A DNA stretch of 64,000 nt, taken from assembly GCA_051362555.1 (NCBI GenBank), contig CM120641.1, forward strand, positions 22,134,001 through 22,198,000, written 5' to 3'. The position numbers and the translations under genes were made by a program. Below the pieces are notes generated by a model. That model saw only the letters and a program-made list of their open reading frames with translations. It did not search any database and was not told the origin of the DNA. The stretch is from Lingula anatina. Taxonomy: Eukaryota > Animalia > Brachiopoda. Shown here one piece after another: positions 11,160 to 23,100 of this stretch. Position 1 is the stretch's first letter; the number at the start of each line of letters is the position of its first letter.

Positions 11160-14100
11160 CTACCCATCCTGTGCCAATAAGGCAGCTTCTATTGCAGCAT
11201 CAGCACCAGCAGATATGGAATCACCATCCCTCTGAAAGATAAATTTTTCCCTTATTGCTTACTGATGATTTACTGATTTACAATTTCCAATAGTAAAATG
11301 TTCAGTTCCTGGTTTTTATAAATTAAGTCAATGATGTGTCTCTATTGAAAAAATTATTTTTAAATAAAAGTGAAATTAAACTACTCCTCCAAAAAATTAC
11401 CTTTTGTTCCAGAATAAGTAGTTCAGCCAGTCGCTTTACTTCTCGTGAGTTTGATAATAATGAAGACTCCCTCACTTGGTGTTTCTGTAACTCTCTCTTT
11501 TGACGTCCATTAAACTTGGAATTTTCTTTCATTGTTTTGTCCAAAAGTCTGAATTTATCAACAAATACTTTTACAATATTGTAACAAATTGGTATTATAC
11601 AGAAGATTTCCAATTATCACTTGATTTTTTATTTCTTTTGATAAATGACTGGGTGCAACTCTACATTTTTAGTGACATTATAGATATATATTGCAATATT
11701 TAGAAATATTCACTTACTTGTCATATGTCTGCTTGGTCTGTTTGACATTCTTAAAGGCACCAATGATCACATCTCTGTAGGTTTTAGTCTCCAGAGTAAA
11801 AGCAGTTAAGAAATAGATGGTACAATGCAATGAAAATAAGAATAATCATAAGAGCATTGTCTTCAAAATGTTACTCCTAAATCTAAAATAATAAGGCACT
11901 AAAGTGAAATTTAATAATATTTCACTTACTGTGGTATTACTCAAGATAAAAATAACAATTTTTACTTTAATCACCTACTGGAAAACAAATCTTATTTATT
12001 GTCTAAATATCCCTTCTGTTCTATTCTAGTGCATTATTAAATAGAAGGATATGGTGGTAGATTCTCCATCTCAGTTCTCTGGACCTTGTATGTTGTCCCT
12101 GCCTGCTCTGTGAGGTGGTGTGTCCTCATGAAATGAGCCACCAGGGGGCACTGGCCCTGGACATCAAAGACAGACCGCACAAAGTCAGGACCCTTGCATG
12201 CTGGATGGGACTAAAAAAAAAGGAAAAGGAAACAAGTAAAAAAATCTGTCAAGAAAAGGAAATATGTTTCAAATCATTGATATCATTACAATTTCTATTA
12301 TATCAAAAATAGTAAAAGGTGCTTTATACAAGATTTTTCACAAGAAAAAAATACAAAATTTTTGGGAGTTCTTAAATTCCAAATGCCATCACTTAATGAA
12401 ATTCCACGTTCAGAAAAATTGAATGAAACGAGGACTATTTTTAAACAGCAAATAGTTATTGGTAAGTTTTCTCTGAACTTTTTTCTTACAAAAATATAAA
12501 ACAGCTGAATATACCTCTTTTTTCTTATATCCTGAACTTATAAAAGACATGGTTGATGGATGTAAGGAAGCTGCCTTCTTAGCTTTAACTTTCAAATCTG
12601 ATTCCTCCTCCACCTCATCTTCTTCCATATTCAGTTCTCTGATTGGAGACAAAACATCAAGCCCTTCTCTGACATCTGCCAAACCCCTAGATTTTTTAGA
12701 CTGTCTTTTGGTAGGACTCCCTGCATTTGTTTTATTACTCTGTCCAGAGGCACTTGCCCCAGCAGCAGCAGAGGACTGGGCCTCAGCCACAGTCTCAATG
12801 GCAGAGGCTGTTGAAGGTGGCTCACCAACTGCAGACCTAGTGTCATTTACACCAGTAACTGATTGCTTCTTTCCTTTCTGCCAAGATGTACTTTTCCTTG
12901 GAAATGACTGTTTACTCTGCCTGCTAGTGGATGCTAATGAAGTACTTGAGCCATACAGACTTTGCATCTGATCCAGGTGATCTAGGTAGTCAAAGTTCAA
13001 CACAGATGCTAAAATGAAAAATTGAAAAAAAAAAATTAAGAATTCATCCAGCCATACAATGAAGACTTAAAGTTGTAAAGAAGTAAAAATATTAAGTACT
13101 CAAGGTCTCTTTGAAAAATAGTTTGTATAGGGCACTAGATTATTGATTTAATATCAATGCAAACTATGTGCCATACCATGTCTATTTGTCAAGCAATTCT
13201 TTATATTAACTCTTTTGTTCTGTAAAGACTGACAAGCAATAGATAGGCAAAACAGTGTTCACTGATACTGTGAAACGTGTATATTAGGATCATTGTACAG
13301 GGAGAGACCTGATGTTTCTTACTTTTCTTATCTTTCTTGGCATTCATCATCTCCTCCCTGTTCTTGATACCGGGTGGCTCAAGCATTGGGAAGTTCCACT
13401 TTAACCAGGAGCGGGGTGCTGGCCGCATGCCTGTGACAGAGCAGTAAGAAGTTAAAAATTCATAGCTTTTTACCACAATATTAAAGAAGGAATTCCTTCC
13501 AGAAAAAAAAAACAAGATTCATAAATTCATTAATGACAAGAACTAAAATTTTAGATGGACCACTGGAACATCTATTACCTAAACATAGGAAATCAATGAC
13601 AAAATTCTTTAAAACGACCTACCAGCCATCCATTCCCATACTAAAAACACCATCATTTCTTTAAAGTCCTCACTAAACTGCCTGTAGGAGTCAGGAAAGG
13701 CCTCACAGTATGCTGCATACACTGCCTGTGACATTAGGTCAGGGTATGACTACAAAATATAGATATGAAAGTTTAACATGTAATATTCTGAAAATTTCTT
13801 ATGAAAGTTAACTCACTTTAAGATTTACCAAACGGGTATACACTCAGCGCATACACATATTTCACAACTAAAAATATGCATTTCAAAAGCACAAAGTAAT
13901 GGAAGCATGAAATACACGGCCACGTCAAAATATAAATTTGCAACTCAAATTAATCATTTTATCTATCATAAATTTATCATTAAAAACTAACCTTCAGGAA
14001 CACTTCCTTGTATTGTGGATGCTTTGCATAAATCATCAACTTCACATAGTTGTGTGATACTCTGTTAAACAATTTTGCTTGAACTACTTTGTTGGGCTGA

Positions 14101-15928
14101 TATTTCTCCAGGAAATAAAACCAGAATATATCCTGAAAACATGCAGACAGTTCTCAATAATGATAGATTTTAAAAGACAGTAGATAAACAAAAAAATAAA
14201 TAGATACATACTCGGAATCTACATAATCAATAAATACATACAGTATATGTGATGTGGGCCTTAATTATAATATAATATACTGTATCACACAACATTATCA
14301 TCAGTTGTCACTGTATAAATTAATATGCTTCACTTACTAGTAACATAGCCTGAGACATTGGTGAGTAGAAGAGTTTTTCAAATTCTGGTCTGTAATTTGG
14401 CTGAAACAGAAATGAAAAACTTTAAATTCTTGGCTCGGTAACATTTAAAATAATCCCCAATATTTTTCTACTCAATGAACAGATTTCTAACACAGTTAAT
14501 TGATCTATCTATGGGAAAAATGAAAGTAGATTTCAATATTGTTGGTTTTAAAGTTTGTGAACTTACTTTTCTTTTGAGGTCCATCTGGGCAAATGTGACC
14601 TTATTAAGTATTTGTGTAGCAGAAATATCATGTGGCAGCTGAGTCAGTTCAGTGGGATCATAGCCAGGGAACTGGTGCAACTAAAAACATTAGGAAAGTA
14701 AAGAACTCTCATAAGTGCAAAACAAAACACAGACAAACCCATATAAACTTCAACTTAATAACTTTGAAAACTGTGACCACCAACTGTGACCTGAATTTTT
14801 AAAAATAATAATAAATTAATAAATGAGTTTCAACTGAAAACTAATAAAAAAATTAAGTTCTACATTCATGTACTATAATACTCTTTTATATATCTTTAAC
14901 TCTCCAACAAATACATTTTACATTTAATTCACCTCAATGAATTTTGGTTTTCCTGTTTCAACTTTTTTTACTGGTATTTTATTAGGCTGCAGTGTGACTT
15001 TAGAGATATTTCTCACTCGCTCACTGACTTCATGGCCTATAGCTGGAACATAAAACATGAATTGATGGCCAGGGTCTTTCTTGTAACATAAATAATTTAC
15101 TGTTACCATAAGTTATTATGCGAATAACCAAAATATGATTTCAGTTTAATGTTGTAATAGATATATTCTCATTCACTGATCTCAGATCAACATTTAGTAA
15201 GAACTTAACATATGTATATCTATCCAACAGTATTTTTCTTAGTTACAATTTTCTGACTGAATCAGTATTTTTGTAATTTAGAAAAAACCTATATCTTCTT
15301 TAAACTATGCAATACGGATCTTACTTGATTGTAGTGCATAAAACCCAGCAAATGCATTCAACTCCTTGGCATCTTTCACTGAAAGAAAATTAACCTTAAT
15401 TGTCATTAATACTGACATGATTGATCGAGGTAATGAATAGACCAAATGTAGAACATATATATCACCTTGTCTTAATAATACCAGTATTCACATATCTTAA
15501 CCTCTAAAATAAACATAAAAAAGATATTTTTACATTACATGGAAACTATTTACTTCAGTGTTTTAACTGATTAAAGCCATTTAATTATATAAGAACTGAG
15601 ATAATAGCAGCATGTCTATTTTAAACTGACCTTTCTTTTCATATTTTTCTCTCCCCTTTGCACTTGAAGGATGCAAAAACTGTGCAATGTAGTCATCTTC
15701 AGTCTCTGTGCTCTGGGATTCACAAACCAACTCAGAGTAATGAGACAGCTTGCGATCCAACTTACTGATCTTTTTATTGACTAAATCAATAGATCCAATT
15801 AAAAATGCTGTGAAACTGATTAAGGAAAAATAGTTTAAAATGATGCTAAAATGTAGCTTAAGTGCTAAACATGTTGTTTATCAGCTGCACTAAAGATAAG
15901 GTTAAAATGTCACAAAAATTAAGATTGG

Positions 15929-15976
<48 letters not shown>

Positions 15977-16328
15977 TTGTGTGTCTACCTGTTACATGTA
16001 GTAGCTATATCTGTAGGACTCTCTCTCTCTCTTTCTCTTCTCATACTTACTGGAGATCTAGCCTTGTAAAAGTAACAACTTTACCGAGTCTCTGGTGCTA
16101 CATTAGAAATGACAACTGATTTTTCAGTGCTAAATTCATGTGGTTTGCCTTAGCAACCTTTCCTTTTGTCTTTAAATAAGAAATGTCTTTCAATGAAATA
16201 AGGATACGTGATTTTGTGTGCTGCCTGTCTTGTATTAATCTCCTCCTTTTCTCGGTAACATCTCTCGTTTCGTTTATATCCTCTTCAAACAGGTGCATAG
16301 GCGAAGCTGTACGGTTGATGTCCGCCAT
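11160..16328 (-). CDS. FAM227A: FAM227A-like protein (FWWh-domain family), 14 exons, ~654 aa
   Basis: Exons 16208-16328, 15631-15807, 15325-15378, 14933-15042, 14567-14680, 14338-14400, 13992-14132, 13623-13749, 13323-13430, 12515-13008, 12053-12210, 11718-11795, 11401-11548, 11160-11231 join in frame (1965 nt). Motifs recognised from FAM227A: SPFLIGSIDLVNKKI, DIFWFYFLEKYQPNK..Q.KLFNRV, MSQAVY..YCEAFP.S, SHPACKGP..F...G.CPL, TYRDVI. Confidence 0.85.
11796..12052 (-). other. U12-type AT-AC intron of FAM227A
   Basis: Minus strand: 5' end ATATCCTTCT, branch TTTCTTAAC (TCTTAAC at 11805-11811), 3' end TTTAC. The flanking exons join in frame (NLPP/LETKTYRDVI). Confidence 0.9.
12137..12152 (+). promoter_or_regulatory. 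CTCF-like motif inside a FAM227A coding exon
   Basis: GCCACCAGGGGGCACT matches the CTCF core CCACCAGGGGGC(G/A)C; it may simply reflect codons. Confidence 0.3.
15808..16207 (-). other. U12-type GT-AG intron 1 of FAM227A
   Basis: Minus strand: 5' end GTATCCTTAT, branch TCCTTAAT (15819-15826) 11 nt from the 3' end, which reads CAG and has no long polypyrimidine tract. The frame joins as TKS/PFLIGS. Confidence 0.85.
15929..15978. repeat. (ATTT)n microsatellite
   Basis: Direct reading, ~12 units. Confidence 0.95.
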
Positions 16329-16599
16329 GTTGTCAACAAAGTATACAGAGTCATCACGCAAAACTTTTTGAAATATCATGCAGTAAAAAACGCAGAAGAA
16401 CTCCATTTTTTATTGTTAAAATTGATAATATTATTTATTGTTGACTTAATAATTGATTCTTTTATAATTTTTGTAGGCTAAAACTGAAATCTAAAGGTCA
16501 CTGATATTTTCGAATATACCAACTATGATGTTGATGTAGTGGCTCAACTTGATTACAAACTGAAGCCTGAGTCTGTGAGACTGTGAGTTTTTGAGAGAG
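16329..16599. promoter_or_regulatory. Putative bidirectional promoter FAM227A/CBY1, with a probable non-coding first exon of CBY1 ending at 16599
   Basis: Divergent genes. A donor GAG|GTACGT at 16599/16600 could splice to the acceptor ttttcag at 17490 just upstream of the CBY1 ATG. Transcription starts are not directly visible. Confidence 0.45.
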
Positions 16600-17519
16600 G
16601 TACGTACTATGCATTTGTTAATTTTCCTATTTGCGAAAAAGTTCAAAAGTCATGTTGAATGAAGTCTGTCCGACAAACGCTTCAGTTTAAGCTCCAGCTG
16701 TGGAATGCTCTATTTCCTTTATATTTATTGTCTGACTATAAATTGCCTTTGACTTTCAAACACAGCCAGTACATGTACATGTACCGTACATTGTACATGT
16801 ATGAAGCAGGAGAGCAAACGCATGAGTTTCGTGGTGTTATTGGTATTACTCCCATCAAGTTGGCCCAACTTAAATTCGGTGGTGAAAACTTAAGAGAAGT
16901 AGTGAAATGAATATCTCCTAGTAAATGATTCACCTCCTTTACCAGATGCAACAGATTTTTTATTGATGAACATATTCACATACAAGGTACAATCAATACA
17001 GCACAGCTACTTGTAACTATAACATATCACAAATAAATTAATAGATAAATATAGATTATCATATTGTTGATAGATGGCTATACAAACAGATACGTATGTC
17101 GCATTTCATAATCAATTTACCAGGTTTGATCTACATGCACAGTCTCTGCTGTCAGCGCATAATGGATCTCACACTGGTATTATGATCTGGTTTGGACATG
17201 CGCAGAAAGACTAACTCTCTTCTTCATGCATTTCTGTACAAATATAATGAATATTTTAATCGTTAATATCCAGTTGATTTCCATTTGAAATCTACTATTT
17301 TTTTTTTTCAGATTTTTCAGCCGCGTTAGTTAACTTCAGTTCTTACTTCTACACGGACTTAAAAATATGCACCGAAATCTCTAGTTGCAAGAACATAGCT
17401 AGTGGACCTCTTTATTAGCTAACTCAATCACTTGACAACTGGCACGTTTGTGTTCCATTTAATATCTTATGAATGTGATTTAATTTTCAGGCTTTGGTGT
17501 TATTTTTTCAAGGTCAATA

Positions 17520-18366
17520 ATGCCATTGTTTGGAAACAAATTTAGTCCAAAGAAGACTTCACCTAGGAAGTCCACATCCCTGTCAAACTTGACTTTAGAT
17601 CAAACAGAAAAACCAGTAGAGTTTGGGTTGGACTACGGACCTATCAAAGTGAAACTAGGACATAACGAAGTTGCATTTGAAGATGGACAGTGGATTTCAG
17701 GTAGGCCTGAATACTTACATACTATTACTATATATCAATTGTCATTCTGAAGAAGCTGTTACTTAACTGTAAATGAGATACAAGGGTCACTTTTTGAGAT
17801 ACTTTCACAAGCAATACAGATCATGTATATGTTTTTTTTTTAACCAAAACCTTGATTGTCTCAGCTAATGGTAAAGGAATAATTTGTAAGTTTGATTTGG
17901 TACCCTTCTTTCTATATTTTCATTTCCCTGTTTTCAGCTAATGGTGGAAGTGGTGTCAGCAACAAAGAATTTATTAAAATGAAGAAACAAAACCAGCAAC
18001 TCACAGAAGAAAATAATTTACTGAAAATTAAGTTGGAAATACTTTTAGATATGGTAAGTGAACATTGCTATTACCTGCGTCAACAGCTTTCTCCCTTGGT
18101 ACCATTAAGTTATTTACAAATGTTCCCACAACTGTAATCTTTTAGCCAGTAACAATGGCAGATTTGTGTGAGTTTATATCATGATCGTATACTTGAACTG
18201 TAGAAGTGTTGCAAAGAAATCGCCTAGTGTGCATATAAAATGGCAGTAAACCATTCTGTTCCAGCTGTCAGAAACAACAGCAGAGGCACATTTACAAGAG
18301 AATGAAATAGAAGAACTAAGAGCTTTGACAAAGAAATCAGGAAAGAGAAAAGGTGGAACTGGTTAA
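17520..18366 (+). CDS. CBY1: Protein chibby homolog 1, 3 coding exons (17520-17700, 17938-18053, 18265-18366), 132 aa
   Basis: MPLFGNKFSPKKTSPRKSTSLSNL...EFGLDYG..KVKLG....FEDGQWI and the coiled coil NQQLTEENNLLKIKLEILLDMLSETTAEAHL are typical of Chibby. Canonical splice sites, phases consistent. Confidence 0.95.
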
Positions 18367-19121
18367 GGTCTTATGAAGGATGAAAATAATTCCAGAAGTG
18401 CTTTTATCTATCAAACATTGCAATGTGTTTCATAGAGTGGGGTGATGACATGCCACCAGTACACCACTGAGATGAGCTGTTATGTTTTCATAAACTATAT
18501 GAACCAAATAGGATGAAAACAAATCACATCCTTATGATTGATATATCCTGGAATTGGATTTGATGCTGCTGCCATGGCTACATGTACCACAGTGTTGCTA
18601 GGCACTGTTATCAATACCCTGTGATGCTTGGGTTGGTGCCAGTGCCATTGCTGATGTCAGAAATGTAGTGCAGATGAAGCAAGACACAAACATCTGTATC
18701 TGATGGCTTACCACTTTCTGTCAAGAGGGAATTTAGTGAATAATAATGATAAAGAATTGTAAATTGACACTGTTTCATAAAAATGCATTTTGCAATATCT
18801 GTTAAAAAGGTAATTTTTCCAGCATATGTATATCATTTTGAGTACACGGAGATTTCTTTTCAGTGATGAGAAATAGTGTTAAGTCCAGGACTTGAAATAA
18901 TCTTTCATTTCTTTTCATTAGAAATATCTTTTGAATAATTGTTGTAATAATTATTATTTTGATATTAAATTTAACATGTTCATTAAAAATTAATATTTGT
19001 TTTCTGCTTGTTTTATTTATTGACATAGACTGCCTAAAATGTCATTTTTAAAGAGGAAAATTTAACATAAATATTGCTGGTAATGCAGAAAAAAGTCTGT
19101 GACATGTTCATGAAACAATTT

Positions 19122-19296
19122 GGCCCCAGTCAGAATAGGGGACTAACTAGTTCTAGGAACAAATATGGTGACCCACTACAAAGAATGCCGTCTGATACAC
19201 TAATAGACACTGAAAAGATATCATGTGGGGAAATATTCAAGTGGATCGGCCATATTTGACCCTCAGACTATCTAGTCCCCTATTCTGAATGGGGCC
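19122..19296. mobile_element. Small foldback MITE-like element
   Basis: Left end GGCCCCAGTCAGAATAGGGGACTA is inverted at the right end (TAGTCCCCTATTCTGAATGGGGCC); inner arms CAAATATGGTGACCCACT / AGTGGATCGGCCATATTTG also pair. No clear TSD. Confidence 0.7.
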
Positions 19297-20052
19297 CAAG
19301 TGCAGAATTCAGTCAGTTCTGTAATCAGAGAAGGACCTGGAGACCCCCAGGTCGGTGTACCTAATTACCGTCGACAACCGAGGACAACCGAACACAAGCA
19401 CTAATTACCGTCCACACAACAGTCCACAAGCAATAAATACCACCCACAAGCGTCCTCCCATATGAAATAGTTGTAAAATCAACTAATAGTCAGAAATTTA
19501 ACATAAGATGGTGCTAAAACGTATACGGCCCTGAAAGAGGTCACGGGTGCGGGGCTGTGGACGTTTTGAAAACAACGTAAAACGATTTTCACTTTTGTAT
19601 AGGCCCTACTAGCCTTCCAAAATGTAAAAAAAGGGAAAACGCTCATTAGTTTATGAAATATAATAATAATTGTTATAGCTAGGTTGCCTTTAGATTAAAT
19701 AAACATTAATCGTGACAGCCAAGCGTGCCGAAAACGGTCTCTGTACGTGTATAAGCTACATTAGTGCACTTTTAAAGGCAGTAACGCTTTTTAAACAGCT
19801 TTTATCCAAGTACAGTGACGCATTTTAATTTGATCTCAAAACCAAATTGGAGGGACAGTTGATTACAATTAACCAGTAGAAATATTATTGACAAATTCCA
19901 AGCTTTGTATAAAAAGATAAAAAAAGTCCCGAATTAAATGAAGACATTATCTAAGCAAAGATAACAGATGTTACCGCGAGTGAATATCACAGCAAGTAGA
20001 ATTTCGCAGTTTATTTATATGGTCATTTAAGCATAAACATTTCACCGTCAAG

Positions 20053-20068
20053 TGCTGCCCTCTAGCGG
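20053..20068 (-). promoter_or_regulatory. CTCF-like motif just upstream of the TMC first exon
   Basis: Reverse strand reads CCGCTAGAGGGCAGCA, a close match to the CTCF consensus, in otherwise AT-rich non-coding DNA ~35 bp before ATG 20102. Confidence 0.5.
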
Positions 20069-20101
20069 AATATAATTAAAGTTTTGTGACCCAATTTTAT
20101 C

Positions 20102-23100
20102 ATGGCGTTGTCTGCTGGTAAGTGTAATTACCTTCGTAATGTAGTAACTATCGGTATCTTTTCAGAGTTCCAAATCAACATTTTTTGTACTTGAAAGAGG
20201 GAAGAAAATAACTCACGACTTGATTCATTATGTATTTTAACATTTTAAACTTCTAGTGAATATCGGGTAACTTGTGAAGTTACCAACGATGTCAAGTTCG
20301 TGACTGATTTCGATGGATGATTGAATGAATCAGACCGAGCCCTATTATTTGAGCGCTTCATGTAATAGCACTTTTTATATCATCTTATAAAGAAGGATAT
20401 ACGTTCTGTGTTAATGAAGGTTTTCATTTTGGTCCACACCTTCAGCAAATAGTGCACATTAATTCCACCTGTTAGCCAAAATTAAAGGGATAATAACTCT
20501 TCGTATGAGATCTATATTTCACAATAAAAACATTGTGAATAACTCATATAAATATAATATATTCTGTTTTACGACAAAAACAGCAGTTACAGCTATTATT
20601 CTGACATCTGAGCTTGTCTTCAGATTACGTGACCTCCATTGATGGCTATACTCTGTTATAATCTCTTAAGAGATTTTAACAAAAAACCAAACTTTGTAGA
20701 AAAAAAACAAGGACTAACTTTGAATGTAAAAATGGATTCATTAACCATTGGTAAGTATGGGAAAATTGTTGTTTACTCCAGGAAAATTCATTTTTTGGCC
20801 AAAACGAAGAGTTATTATCCCTTTAAAAGTTGTGCACAAACATCGGCATAGTCAACAAAGACAATCCGCGAAGCACACAGCTAGTTGCAAACATTTTAAA
20901 CATAATGTGTATGGACAGAACATCACGTAATTCATAACACTGCTGTTTTAATATAAATTTTGAATGGTCTTGATATAGGTATTTTTAATGTCCCAGTTAT
21001 ATGCAGTGTTTTCTGGATTTCAAGTTCCTATTCTTGAGCCAAACAAGTACTTACTAGTATAGGTACTCAAAAGAATTTTGAATAGCTGTTCAAGAGTGGG
21101 TGTGGTCATGTCTGGTTATTTGTCCAGTACATATCAAGCTTTAAACTTATGATGATTTTTTTGCCCTAGCCACTTATCTATACAAGACTGGTCACTAGGG
21201 TTTAATTAATAAATTTTAAAGATAGTTATATCATTCAATCGTAATAGTTATATGGCCATTATTTTTATTTATTTATATATATATTTTTTTGCTGTGGTTT
21301 CATCTTATTTTATACTCTTACCTGCTTAGTAGAGATAAAGAAGAAAAGATGTAGATTGCATTTTATAAAGTTCACTTTGATGGCCATGTCTGAGACAGGC
21401 TGACTCACTCAGTCAGCTGTGGTACAGTTATGATTTAGAAAAAAATGTAAATTCAACAATAATTGATGATTGCCCTTTGGGTGCTTCTAACTCAATACTA
21501 CTGTGGTTCATAATTGTTTTTGTTAAATACATGCATATTTCTTTCAATTAAAGATGGACTTTTAATGATTTAATTGGCATATCAGCAAAGTGGCAAGCAC
21601 CTGTTGATATAACAGTCCCTGACAATAGTACTAGTAATTGTTATTCTGTGCAGATGACAATTAAAATTAAAACAAAAGGCTACATATAGTTATATGGTTA
21701 TTGATTGTGGGATTTTATAAAGAAAGCAGGCTGCAACACTGTGTAAAAAAAAAAAAAAAGAAAAAAAGAAAAAAAACTTTTTTTGGAAAACTTTTCTTAG
21801 GCATTACAGTACTGCTAATATAGAACAGGATCTTTGTCTAAATGATCAACCTTCCTTTTTGATTTTTACACAAAACTGAACAAGTTAAAGTAAGTAAAAG
21901 GATAAATAGGAATTTATGAGACTGACTGTTCACAAATCAAGGAAATGAAATTAAACATTTTTCTCTTAACTCTAATTTAAATAAGATGTATACACCTTCA
22001 ATTTTCTGTTATTATATGAGTACAGTTGTCAGAGGAAGATAGGGTAAATTGAAACAAAATATCCTTTCAACCCTCTCTATAATTTAACACGTGTTATTAA
22101 GTTAATTTCATATTTTAGACAGTTATAAATCCTTAATGATTAAATACTTTTTGGATTGGCTATCTTTATCATGCATGGGAATACTGTCTGATGAGTTATA
22201 TCTTATCTGACATTACCAGTAAAGACCTAGAAGGTGAATTAATGGTGAGAATGCTACATCACACTTTTGGTACTTTTTTTGAATGCCAGAAGTAAACTTC
22301 ATCTTATTCATATATGTTTTAATACCTTCATCACCATGCTTATGATCTCTGATTTTAATGCTTTAAATAAAGGGTAATTTTATTTTACAAAAAGAGAAAA
22401 AAGTGACTAAGTGACTCATTTTTATTTATATCAAATTAAATAATGCATTACACAGTTCAGTAGTTTACGTGCTTGCTTCCATTAATCCCTGTCGTATTAT
22501 GTACATGTTAATCAAGATAAGACTGGTATTCAAGTATTAATCACCACAGTGATCTTGGCAGGTGAGATATAGTTTCCAGCCTGTGAGAAAAATGTTTTAG
22601 CTTCGGTTCTAATCTGCTGGTCCAATAGGGAAACTCAGTGGCCAGTAAAAGAACAAATTTACAGAACTTTACTGACCAGTGCAGTTTCATTGTTGTTGTC
22701 ATTTTTTATAGAGCCAGTGTTTACCTGGCAGACTATGTTTAAACTTGGACCCATCATTTGCCCAAGGTTTATATAAGACCCGGAAGTTCCATTGTGTCCT
22801 GTAGTTATTTAGTGCAGGTGAGACAGTTGACCTCAGCAGAGTTATGACGTCACAGACAAGGTGATCAATCAATCAATCTATTGTCACTGGTCTAGACCAT
22901 ATTTTAATTACAACATGTCAAGCAAAGTTTTTTTTTGTAATATTTCACCTTTCATCATTTAGATTAAAACACTTCATTTAGAATCAAGAAAATAGTTTTC
23001 AGATTTTAACATCATGGGTTTAAAAAATAAAATGGGGCGTGTGAGATAATGTTAAATCCTATTGCCAGAGTTGCTTGATGAATTATTATAGATAACACTG

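Noticed and set aside
12549-12971. 140-aa plus-strand ORF
   Set aside because: Antisense shadow of FAM227A exon 10.
15466-15503. AG...GT-bounded segment in FAM227A intron 2 (minus strand)
   Set aside because: Phase is incompatible with the flanking exons and it introduces a stop; the gene reads through without it.
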